Below are positions 19,138-27,271 of a DNA stretch of 64,000 nucleotides, piece after piece. This stretch comes from a virus. The notes below the pieces were generated by a model that was not told the origin of the DNA, did no database searches, and saw only the letters and a program-made list of their open reading frames with translations. Both the position numbers and the translations under genes were made by a program. Positions within the stretch are counted from its first letter, which is position 1. The number at the start of each line of letters is the position of its first letter. Where the stretch lies: the IMG/VR virus record IMGVR_UViG_3300025704_000003; one strand, 5' to 3'.

Positions 19138-19346
19138 TCCCTTTTGGGATTGGGTTACAGATTAAGAGGTTTAAAGAGTTAGTAGCATAACTCTTTTCCT
19201 CATACGTCCGTGTGGAGGGCAGGCCACCTGAAAGCACAATCTTTTATGAGATGTTAGTTTCAATCAAACTAGAGCGGCAATGTCAATAAGGCCGTGCGGA
19301 GAGATTGGATATACTAGCTTGGGCGTATGAGGTAAGGAGTTATATT

Positions 19347-19553
19347 ATGCGAACAGTACACTATGTAGGAATGGATGAAGCGACTTATCAACGAGCTCGT
19401 AGAGTCTGGGGTGGTCCAGCATACTATCACAGATGGATGGACGATCGTGTCTGGACTGAAGTTGGAGACAAAGACGTTGTTGTAGTTGGAGATCCAACTT
19501 ACAGACAATGGGTTTGGGATGCTTCAGCGGTTGATTCGAAGTGGACTGACTAG
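19347..19553 (+). CDS. hypothetical protein
   Basis: AAGGAG SD before ATG 19347. Confidence 0.75.
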   Translation: MRTVHYVGMDEATYQRARRVWGGPAYYHRWMDDRVWTEVGDKDVVVVGDPTYRQWVWDASAVDSKWTD

Positions 19554-19580
19554 GCGGGTTTAATCAAAGTGCCCGCCTAG
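19550..19580. terminator. hairpin between convergent genes
   Basis: CTAGGCGGG...CCCGCCTAG. Confidence 0.55.
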
Positions 19581-19814
19581 CACTGCTACACGTGAGACTT
19601 CTTCACTAAGCATTTCTATTTCTCTTAATTTGTAAGCTTGTTCAAATCCGGCTTCATATTCGCTTAAACACTGCGATTCGTTGTTCCATAATCTTTTGAA
19701 ATAACTTTCATAGTAACCTTCAACAACATCATCTGGTTCACTCTTAGGAATAAGATGTCCTTTAACCATCCAAAATAATCGATTGGCTTCTTTACGTTTC
19801 CATGGGCTGCACAT
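19560..19814 (-). CDS. hypothetical protein
   Basis: 84 aa ORF; TATAGATA late-like box upstream on the minus strand. Confidence 0.65.
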   Translation of the reverse strand: MCSPWKRKEANRLFWMVKGHLIPKSEPDDVVEGYYESYFKRLWNNESQCLSEYEAGFEQAYKLREIEMLSEEVSRVAVLGGHFD

Positions 19815-19896
19815 TTTGTCACACCTTTTGTTTAAGATGTAAATATCTATAAAATGTTAGTGCTAACAAAATGAAAAAAAAGTTTAAAAAACGCAA

Positions 19897-19933
19897 ATTA
19901 ACTGTGTACATATGATAAGTACTGTGCTATAAT
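19897..19933 (+). promoter_or_regulatory. early promoter (TGTACA-N17-TATAAT)
   Basis: AATTAACTGTGTACA...TGCTATAAT. Confidence 0.85.
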
Positions 19934-19964
19934 GGTCTTATCAAATGAATGAGAGGAATCGTTA

Positions 19965-20126
19965 ATGTTATATCTAAAAGACATCATGAAGCTGTTAAGC
20001 TGCGATATGGAAAAAGCAGAAAAAGTATTTGATAATATGGTGCTTGACTTTTCGCAGTCTACTACAAGACAGTTTAATGCTGAAGTAAAGATGGTTAATG
20101 AACTAATTGAACAAGGAGTTATATAA
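19965..20126 (+). CDS. small hypothetical protein (53 aa)
   Basis: GAGG SD; MLYLKDIMKLL...; TAATG coupling to the next gene. Confidence 0.65.
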   Translation: MLYLKDIMKLLSCDMEKAEKVFDNMVLDFSQSTTRQFNAEVKMVNELIEQGVI

Positions 20127-21076
20127 TGTCACATGAAGTAGAAACAATGGCTTACGCAGGTGAACTTCCATGGCACGGTCTTGGAACAGAAGTTAGCAAT
20201 GACTTGACACCATTACAAATGATGCAAAAAGCTGGAGTCGACTGGGAAGTTGAACAGCAAAAAATCGTTACCGAATCTGGTCTCGAAATCAATGACAAGG
20301 TTGCTCTTGTCCGTACATCAGATAATACTTTGCTTGACGTCACAGGTAAAGATTGGAAGCCAGTACAGAACGAAGAAGCATTTACTTTCTTCTCAGAGTT
20401 TGTTGCTGCTGGTGATATGGAAATGCACACAGCAGGATCTTTGAAAGAAGGTCGTAATGTGTGGGCTTTGGCAAAAGTCAAAGAGTCTTTTGATGTGTTT
20501 GGTGAAGACACTATCGAATCTTTCCTTCTCTTTTCAAATCCGCATCAGTACGGAAAAGCAGTAGACGTTCGGTTTACTCCAATTCGTGTTGTATGCAATA
20601 ACACATTGACTTTCTCTCTCCAGCAGGATGCAAAGCGTTCTGTCAAAGTTGGTCATCGTACAGCATTTGATGCTGATACTGTAAAAGAAACTCTTGGTAT
20701 TGCTTCTGAAAAGTTTGCTAAGTACAAAGAGATGGCTCAGTTCTTAGGTTCCCGTAAAATTACCGCAGAGTCTCTTATCCAATATTACAACGATGTGTTT
20801 CCAACTACATCTCGTAAAGAGGAAAAAACTCCGGTTGCAGTTTATGATGATTTGTCTAAAGCTGCAAAGATGTGTTACGATGCTCTTGAGGTTCAGCCAG
20901 GTGCTCAGTTCGCAGCTGGTACATGGTGGCAGGCATTCAACAGTGTGACTTACTACACTGATCACCTGCAAGGACGGAACTCAGAGAATCGTCTTCACAA
21001 TCAGTGGTTTGGTTACAATCAATCCAAAAAAGTAACTGCGGCAGAGAAAGCAGTGGCATACGCCACTGCTGCCTAA
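20126..21076 (+). CDS. DUF932/DUF945 family phage/plasmid protein
   Basis: PWHGLG, VQNEEAF, TAGSL, TPIRVVCNNT, GTWWQAFNSVT. Confidence 0.9.
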   Translation: MSHEVETMAYAGELPWHGLGTEVSNDLTPLQMMQKAGVDWEVEQQKIVTESGLEINDKVALVRTSDNTLLDVTGKDWKPVQNEEAFTFFSEFVAAGDMEMHTAGSLKEGRNVWALAKVKESFDVFGEDTIESFLLFSNPHQYGKAVDVRFTPIRVVCNNTLTFSLQQDAKRSVKVGHRTAFDADTVKETLGIASEKFAKYKEMAQFLGSRKITAESLIQYYNDVFPTTSRKEEKTPVAVYDDLSKAAKMCYDALEVQPGAQFAAGTWWQAFNSVTYYTDHLQGRNSENRLHNQWFGYNQSKKVTAAEKAVAYATAA

Positions 21077-21077
21077 A
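21037..21077 (+). repeat. 41-bp direct repeat A, copy 1 (3' end of the DUF932 gene)
   Basis: 39/41 identical to 22118-22158. Confidence 0.9.
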
Positions 21078-21127
21078 GTTAATTTTACATATATAGTTTC
21101 ATTGTAACAACTAGGAGAAAAATTACA

Positions 21128-22090
21128 ATGGAACTTGTAACTCTCTGGATGGCCGTCGGATTTTTATTCGCGGCTTATTCAGTTATTGCTAATGATTCTG
21201 TACAGACTCTCGGTACATGGATCGCATCAAACAATGAGAGAGTAAACTGGAAAGTAATGTGGGGATCAGCTTCGGCTGTCTTGCTTTACACCTTATGGTA
21301 CGGTTGGTATATGAATGGAGGCGACATTAGTTATGGTCGTTTAAATAAAATTCCATTCCAAGAAATCCAATGGTATCATGCAATGGCACCAGGTTTATTG
21401 CTAATCTTGACTCGAATAGGCGTACCAGTAAGCACGTCTTTTTTAGTTTTATCTGCATTTGCTTCTACATTTATTTTAGAAAAAATGCTTATGAAATCTA
21501 TGATGGGATATGCAGTCGCTGCAGTAGCGGCATATGCAATATGGATCGTAGTAAGTAAAATATTAGACGAAGCAAAACCTGTTAAAGAAGAACATAAACG
21601 ATATTGGCGAATCGGTCAATGGGTAACTACAGGATTTTTGTGGTTTACATGGCTTTCGCATGATGTAGCTAACATCGCAGTATTCTTACCACGACAAATA
21701 CCGGTCGATCTAATGATTGTCGTTAGTGCAGTCTTCGTACTTGGTCTTTGGTATATGTTCAGAGAAGGTGGTGGTAAAATCCAGCAGATCGTTCTCGAAA
21801 AACATAATACTCGTTATGTAAGATCTGCTACAATTATTGATGGTGTTTATTGGCTTATCTTATTCTTCTTTAAAGAGTTGAATGATATTCCAATGTCAAC
21901 GACATGGGTATTTGTTGGCTTATTGTGTGGACGTGAACTTGCTATGGCTACTGTAACTGGAAAAGAAAAATTCAAAGTGGTATTCCCACTTATTGGAAAA
22001 GACTTTCTGAAAATGATGGTTGGTCTTGCAGCATCAGTCGGTGTTGTATTAGCAATCCATTATGCCATAGTTCCTAACGGACTATACTAG
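21128..22090 (+). CDS. membrane transporter, PiT/PHO4-like (phosphate/sulfate permease-like)
   Basis: IANDSVQTLGT, PVSTS, SHDVAN and PMSTT duplicated PHO4-like motifs; about 9-10 TM. Confidence 0.6.
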   Translation: MELVTLWMAVGFLFAAYSVIANDSVQTLGTWIASNNERVNWKVMWGSASAVLLYTLWYGWYMNGGDISYGRLNKIPFQEIQWYHAMAPGLLLILTRIGVPVSTSFLVLSAFASTFILEKMLMKSMMGYAVAAVAAYAIWIVVSKILDEAKPVKEEHKRYWRIGQWVTTGFLWFTWLSHDVANIAVFLPRQIPVDLMIVVSAVFVLGLWYMFREGGGKIQQIVLEKHNTRYVRSATIIDGVYWLILFFFKELNDIPMSTTWVFVGLLCGRELAMATVTGKEKFKVVFPLIGKDFLKMMVGLAASVGVVLAIHYAIVPNGLY

Positions 22091-22122
22091 TAACATAAAT
22101 GATACACTCTAAATTAATGCGG
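22090..22122 (+). repeat. 33-bp direct repeat B, copy 1
   Basis: GTAACATAAATGATACACTCTAAATTAATGCGG. Confidence 0.92.
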
Positions 22123-22158
22123 CAGAGGCAGCAGTGGCATACGCCACTGCTGCCTAAA
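22118..22158 (+). repeat. 41-bp direct repeat A, copy 2 (perfect 13-bp hairpin)
   Basis: AGGCAGCAGTGGC-ATAC-GCCACTGCTGCCT. Confidence 0.9.
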
Positions 22159-22178
22159 CTTAAGTACAGGAATTTTAA

Positions 22179-23222
22179 TTGAAACCACTACGTAACTTAA
22201 ACTTTGCGCTATCTAATAGATGTAATGCAAAATGTGTTTGGTGCCCTACTTCACGGGGCACTAAACTTGCGTTTGATATGGATGCTGAACTTGTCTATAA
22301 AATTATAGATGAGGTCTCACATCCTGATTTTCCATATGAGATTAAAAATATTCATATGAGTGAGAATGGTGAGGGTCTTTATCATAAAAGTTATGTAGAC
22401 ATTCTCCGTTATATTAAAAAGAATTTGCCCAACACAGAAATTGATATGTTGAGCAACTTTGGCTTAATGTCTAAGAGAATGTCGCGTGTATTACTTGAAG
22501 AGAATCTACTGACCTCTATTCAAGTCAACGTAGATGGGCACAACGATAGAGCATATAGATCGGTAAAAGGGATTAGCTTCTCTTCTGTAATGAAGAATGT
22601 AAAAGAGTTCTTAGAGATCAAAAAAGAACTTGGCGTTGAAATGTTTTTTGGCATTAATGTTATGCCAGCATTTGAATATTCACTAGCTGTGTTTAACGCT
22701 TTTAATAAGAACCCTATCCAACACCCACCCGGCGAATCTGTTCCTTTTAGTTCCTTTGAACTAACACAACAATCTGTATTAGATTATTTGGGCCAAGATT
22801 TGTATGACGAATTGTTTACATTTAGACATAGCAAACCTGGGTTGTGGGCAGAGAGAGAACGATTTAAGACTGGTGAGTTTGCAATCGATGCTGATTTGAA
22901 GTGCCCCTTAATCAAGCGAGTTGAAGAGGAAATGTTTATTGCTCCAAACGGAGATTACTATGTTTGTTGCTTAGATGATAATAACGACAAGGTTCTTGGT
23001 AACCTTAAAGAGAGCACTGTGTTAGAAATCTGGAAGTCTCAAGATCGTATAAACTTTGTTAATAATTTAAAGATGCAAAGGTTCGATAAAATAGGATATC
23101 CATGCAACACTGTTGGTGCTTGTCAAACACTCGGTATAACCGATAATGCCTTACAACGAATGTCTGATACGTATAAAGACGGTGACGAAATAGTATTAGA
23201 GGAAACTTCCGTCGTAAAGTAA
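22179..23222 (+). CDS. radical SAM/SPASM domain protein
   Basis: CNAKCVWC; C-terminal CP...IAPNGDYYVCC...C...C. Confidence 0.9.
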   Translation: MKPLRNLNFALSNRCNAKCVWCPTSRGTKLAFDMDAELVYKIIDEVSHPDFPYEIKNIHMSENGEGLYHKSYVDILRYIKKNLPNTEIDMLSNFGLMSKRMSRVLLEENLLTSIQVNVDGHNDRAYRSVKGISFSSVMKNVKEFLEIKKELGVEMFFGINVMPAFEYSLAVFNAFNKNPIQHPPGESVPFSSFELTQQSVLDYLGQDLYDELFTFRHSKPGLWAERERFKTGEFAIDADLKCPLIKRVEEEMFIAPNGDYYVCCLDDNNDKVLGNLKESTVLEIWKSQDRINFVNNLKMQRFDKIGYPCNTVGACQTLGITDNALQRMSDTYKDGDEIVLEETSVVK

Positions 23223-23251
23223 CATAAATGATACACTCTAAATTAATGCGG
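23219..23251 (+). repeat. 33-bp direct repeat B, copy 2 (continues into hairpin to 23269)
   Basis: Identical to 22090-22122. Confidence 0.92.
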
Positions 23252-23270
23252 TTAACGCCGCATTAATTTA

Positions 23271-23299
23271 TGTACAAACGATTTAACATGTGGTAGAAA
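23271..23299 (+). promoter_or_regulatory. early promoter (TGTACA-N17-TAGAAA, TG extension)
   Basis: Repeated promoter family. Confidence 0.65.
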
Positions 23300-23327
23300 G
23301 GTTATATCAGTCAAAAAGGAGAAATAC

Positions 23328-23543
23328 ATGACTTATACACTTATTAACCCATCTAACTACAATCAACCACTATCTTTCAACACTATTCCCGAAATCATTA
23401 AATATATCAAATCACTTAAACTTCCATCTACTACCGATTTTCTAATCTTCCCTCCTCATAACCCTCAAACCACTATCTTTTTCAATCTAACACTTTCACA
23501 ACTTATTAAAACTTACAAAAACAATCCAAACGAATTATTGTAA
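23328..23543 (+). CDS. hypothetical early protein with an almost G-free coding strand
   Basis: AAGGAG SD and own promoter; only 5 G in 216 nt. Confidence 0.75.
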   Translation: MTYTLINPSNYNQPLSFNTIPEIIKYIKSLKLPSTTDFLIFPPHNPQTTIFFNLTLSQLIKTYKNNPNELL

Positions 23544-23572
23544 TATAAATGATACACTCTAAATTAATGCGG
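23540..23572 (+). repeat. 33-bp direct repeat B, copy 3 (one mismatch; hairpin plus T-tract)
   Basis: GTAATATAAATGATACACTCTAAATTAATGCGG. Confidence 0.92.
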
Positions 23573-23591
23573 CTTTAACCGCATTTTTTTA

Positions 23592-23620
23592 TGTACATCT
23601 CGTTAAAAGTATGGTAGTAT
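23592..23620 (+). promoter_or_regulatory. early promoter (TGTACA-N17-TAGTAT)
   Basis: Repeated promoter family. Confidence 0.75.
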
Positions 23621-23643
23621 GGTTACATGCTAAGGAGAATAGT

Positions 23644-23829
23644 ATGATTATAGTAAGAGACCTACACGATGCACTTGTAATGAAGAATAAGCTTGCAAGC
23701 GTACTTCGCCGCTCGAATACGTTTAACATGTCTAAGTCAGACATTCAAGTTGAACTCGATATGATTATCGAAGATCTCATAAAAAACATTGATCGTGAAG
23801 AGCGTAACCTCCAAGCGGAGGTATTATAA
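23644..23829 (+). CDS. hypothetical protein
   Basis: AAGGAG SD. Confidence 0.7.
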   Translation: MIIVRDLHDALVMKNKLASVLRRSNTFNMSKSDIQVELDMIIEDLIKNIDREERNLQAEVL

Positions 23830-24071
23830 TGTACACGACCCGGACATCTGATTCGTATATAGCAACTTTTAGTGATTGTCAAGATCCTCAAATTGCTGAT
23901 CTTAGATCCTTCGTATCTAAGTGTAACAGAATGCTGAAAGAGGACGGTAAGTACCAACGGTACTATCTCAAACTTCAAGCACGTGGTCATCGCCGCGGCG
24001 TTCGCCGGTACAACCAGTCATTACCTCTCAAGTATGCCGACAGAGTCGATGCGTACATTTATGAGAGATAG
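23829..24071 (+). CDS. hypothetical protein
   Basis: GGAGG SD, TAATG coupling. Confidence 0.75.
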   Translation: MYTTRTSDSYIATFSDCQDPQIADLRSFVSKCNRMLKEDGKYQRYYLKLQARGHRRGVRRYNQSLPLKYADRVDAYIYER

Positions 24072-24161
24072 GACTAAGGTTCTCGGGGACGCCCGTCGCG
24101 AGCTAGTGAGTGGACTCATGGTTAGTCATGGCACTCACTAGCACCCTTTTCTCCCTCAACT

Positions 24162-24186
24162 AAGCAGCTTCGGCTGCTTTCTTTTT
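24162..24186 (+). terminator. rho-independent terminator
   Basis: AAGCAGC-TTCG-GCTGCTT-TCTTTTT. Confidence 0.85.
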
Positions 24187-24187
24187 A

Positions 24188-24195
24188 TATAAATA
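24188..24195 (+). promoter_or_regulatory. T4-type late promoter
   Basis: TATAAATA 25 nt before ATG 24220. Confidence 0.85.
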
Positions 24196-24219
24196 GAGAT
24201 AAGTTTCTATGGAGAAGAT

Positions 24220-25590
24220 ATGGCTACGTTTGCTAAAATGGCTCGTGCAGAGTGGGATAAACCTGTGCGTGGATCTAATCAAGAAAGAGTTGAAGTCTTT
24301 ATTAATGCAATAAAGGCAGGAGATCCCGTAAGCGATATTAACGGAAAAGACGTATTTATTGCTAATACTAAGAAAAACATAGATGCTATAAAAAATTATG
24401 TTGCTGATCCTGATTCAGGTCCAACTGTTGCCTTTGACTTAAAAAATGGAAATACAATACTTTCTAATATGATTGGCAAATCTCCATTATTTGGTGGACA
24501 AGGTGCCGGTGGTGGAGCTACAGGAGACACAGCAAGGTTTGAATCATTACATTGTTTGTACATAGCAGCTATTCTAGGCGAGGGTATGAATAATGAGTTT
24601 TCACATTTCACATATAATACATTAGAAAAATATAAAGATAAAGTTTCAGTAAGTGAGTCATTCAAATCTTATGTTACTATTGATGGCGATTGGCATGCAT
24701 CTGCGTATCAAATAGCCCAAGCTTTAATTAAGAAAAAATATGTAACAAAAAATCATACTCTTCATAGGGGTGATTCTGTCATGGAAGCAATTTATAAAGC
24801 AAAAGATAGAGTAAGAAAATTAGAGGGTAAACCAAGCCTTAATAGCGACAAATGGAATCCAGGTGATATCTGGGCAGTAAAAAGAGGAATAGATCCTAAA
24901 GCTCTATTTGCAAAGGCTAAAACATTAGCTGAGCTAAATATATTAATATTAAAGCATTTTCAAAATAAGACTATAGTTGGCATTTCGCTTAAAAAGGTTG
25001 GAAAAAATAAAAGAGTAAAATTAGGTGATTATAATATTGAAGACGCAATATTAGACACTCATAAGTTTTCTAGATTCACGTTAGAAACAGCAGCAGGTAA
25101 AAGCATTTGGTCGTCTAAATACGGTTTTTTCATTTATGACAATAGTAAAAAGGCTGAAGTCAGATCTCCTAGTGTATTTGGTGCATTAAACTTTGAACTA
25201 AAAGGTACAGGTGCTAGAGCAGGTAGAACTGGTTATGGTCAATTAATGTATTCTTCTGCTATACATTTAAAAAAGATTTTACCAACAAACAAAGAGCTTA
25301 TAACACAAGCAAAATTATTAGTTAGTAATAAACCTCCCGAAAAATTAGTAACAGACTTCTTTAATCTTGTCAAAAAAATTCATCCTAAAACTGACAGATT
25401 ACAATTCGAGTCTGAAATGAAACAAAAAAATGCAGGCTTTGTTCATACATTACTTGCTGCAGCTCATATAGGTACAGCTATTATGAGTGCTAGTCAAACA
25501 CAAAGAAACGCATTCACATCTGAAGTAGTAAATGTTATGGCTGCGAAAACAAATGATTCGTCAGCATATGTAAAAGCGGAGCAAGCGTAA
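24220..25590 (+). CDS. hypothetical late protein, possible PD-(D/E)XK nuclease fold
   Basis: DKWNPGDIW...VGISLKK motif. Confidence 0.55.
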   Translation: MATFAKMARAEWDKPVRGSNQERVEVFINAIKAGDPVSDINGKDVFIANTKKNIDAIKNYVADPDSGPTVAFDLKNGNTILSNMIGKSPLFGGQGAGGGATGDTARFESLHCLYIAAILGEGMNNEFSHFTYNTLEKYKDKVSVSESFKSYVTIDGDWHASAYQIAQALIKKKYVTKNHTLHRGDSVMEAIYKAKDRVRKLEGKPSLNSDKWNPGDIWAVKRGIDPKALFAKAKTLAELNILILKHFQNKTIVGISLKKVGKNKRVKLGDYNIEDAILDTHKFSRFTLETAAGKSIWSSKYGFFIYDNSKKAEVRSPSVFGALNFELKGTGARAGRTGYGQLMYSSAIHLKKILPTNKELITQAKLLVSNKPPEKLVTDFFNLVKKIHPKTDRLQFESEMKQKNAGFVHTLLAAAHIGTAIMSASQTQRNAFTSEVVNVMAAKTNDSSAYVKAEQA

Positions 25591-26837
25591 TGGCAACGAA
25601 GATTAATATGGAAAGCTTTAAGTCGTATTTGTCTGAACAGAAGAACACTCACATGACTCATGTTGAGGATAAAGTAATTTATGGTGGCGTAAAAGGAACT
25701 CGCGAGGCAATTAATGCACTACGCGAACTTCGTAATATGTTGAAAGGTGATCATGCTGGTAATGTATCTGTTAAATGGGATGGCGCTCCTGCTATTTTTG
25801 CAGGCACTGATCCTAATGACGGACGTTTCTTTGTTGCAAAGAAAGGTATTTTTAACAAGAATCCCAAGGTCTATAAGACTCCTGCTGATGTTGACGCTGA
25901 TACAAGTGGTGATCTTGCTGACAAGCTCAAAGTCGCTTTGCGAGAGCTCCCTTCCTTGGGTATCAAGGGTATCGTGCAAGGTGACTTCTTATATGGACCT
26001 GGCGATTTAAAGAAAGAAAAGATTAATGGTGAGTCGTATATTACTTTCCATCCTAATACTATTGTTTATGCTGTCCCTAGTAATTCTGAAGCTGCGAGAG
26101 CCGTACGTTCCGCTCAAATCGGAATTGTCTGGCACACAACATATAAAGGTAACACCTTTGAAGGACTTAGAGCAAGTTACGGAGTAGATGTATCTAAGTT
26201 TAAGAAATCAAAAAAGGTATGGTCACAAGATGCCATGCTACGTGATTTGACTAATATGACTATGAGTAAAAAGGACACTAATGATGTTGACGAATATTTA
26301 TCGCAAGCTGGGAAAATATTTAACAAAATTTCAGGGACAACCCTACGGCAGCTCGAATCGCATAGTGAGTTACCGGGCCTCATTGAAACATTCGGAAACA
26401 AATACGTCAGACGCGGAGATGTTATTACAGATACAAGGCGACACGTATCCATGCTCATTAGGTGGATTAGATTACGATATGGAAAAGAAATTGCTAAGCG
26501 TAAAACCGAAAAAGGTAAAACAGCTCAACGAGATAAACTAACAACTATTTTAGATTTTTTTTCTGATGAAAACAAAAAAAGTTTACAACAAATGTTTGAG
26601 CTGCAAAAAGTTATTGTATTAGCGAAATTAAAACTTATAAATATATTAAATGGTTTAGCAAAGGTAAAAACCTTTGTAAAGACGCAGAATGGATACAAAG
26701 TAACCGGAGAAGAAGGTTACGTTGCAATTGATAAACTTGGTGGTGATGCTGTTAAGATTGTTGATCGAATGGAATTTTCGTACAACAACTTTAGCAAGGA
26801 TATATTAAAGGGATGGGATAAACCGGGAAGAAACTAA
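25590..26837 (+). CDS. DUF6267-like protein with a ligase-type KxDG motif; capsid-targeting-like N-terminus
   Basis: MESFKSYLSE; VKWDGAPA, QGDF, EGYV, KIVDRMEFS. Confidence 0.6.
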   Translation: MATKINMESFKSYLSEQKNTHMTHVEDKVIYGGVKGTREAINALRELRNMLKGDHAGNVSVKWDGAPAIFAGTDPNDGRFFVAKKGIFNKNPKVYKTPADVDADTSGDLADKLKVALRELPSLGIKGIVQGDFLYGPGDLKKEKINGESYITFHPNTIVYAVPSNSEAARAVRSAQIGIVWHTTYKGNTFEGLRASYGVDVSKFKKSKKVWSQDAMLRDLTNMTMSKKDTNDVDEYLSQAGKIFNKISGTTLRQLESHSELPGLIETFGNKYVRRGDVITDTRRHVSMLIRWIRLRYGKEIAKRKTEKGKTAQRDKLTTILDFFSDENKKSLQQMFELQKVIVLAKLKLINILNGLAKVKTFVKTQNGYKVTGEEGYVAIDKLGGDAVKIVDRMEFSYNNFSKDILKGWDKPGRN

Positions 26838-27271
26838 TGTATAGTTTTAAAGAACTAATGATTACGCCTATTGAAGATGGCGAAGACGAGTACCTAAAGT
26901 ATCGTGCGATGAAACGTCGCAAACACATGTACGAAGAAACAGCAGTAGAAGAAGAATCTACTGACGAGGCGTTATCTATGGCGTCTCGCCGTAAGCGTTC
27001 TCGTGACATGCGCAAAAATAAAAATAAATTAAAAATTGGCCGTGCTCGAATGAGTAAGCGTATTGCTAATCCTGAGCGCATTAAGAAACGTGCTCGGAAG
27101 CAAGCGATAGATACCATCTATAAGAAATTAACAAAAGGTATTCCTCGTAAAGATTTAACACCGGGCAAAAAGGCTGAACTCGAAAAGCGTATTCAGAAAA
27201 TGAAGCCTAGAGTAAATCGTATTACAAGGAAACTCCTTCCTCAGGTACGTAAGGCGGCACACGGTAAATGA
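26837..27271 (+). CDS. basic hypothetical protein (putative internal head protein)
   Basis: MYSFKELM; acidic N-terminus then a K/R-rich body. Confidence 0.65.
   Translation: MYSFKELMITPIEDGEDEYLKYRAMKRRKHMYEETAVEEESTDEALSMASRRKRSRDMRKNKNKLKIGRARMSKRIANPERIKKRARKQAIDTIYKKLTKGIPRKDLTPGKKAELEKRIQKMKPRVNRITRKLLPQVRKAAHGK

Noticed and set aside
19111-19138. Tandem duplication of ATGGAAGTTTATG
   Set aside because: Only two short copies at a gene end, probably from slippage; no functional evidence.
21081-21110. Possible Pho box before the PiT-like gene
   Set aside because: The half-sites are weak and 12 nt apart rather than 11.
22090-23572. 33-bp repeats as a CRISPR array
   Set aside because: The spacing is about 320-1130 nt and contains whole genes; there are no cas genes.
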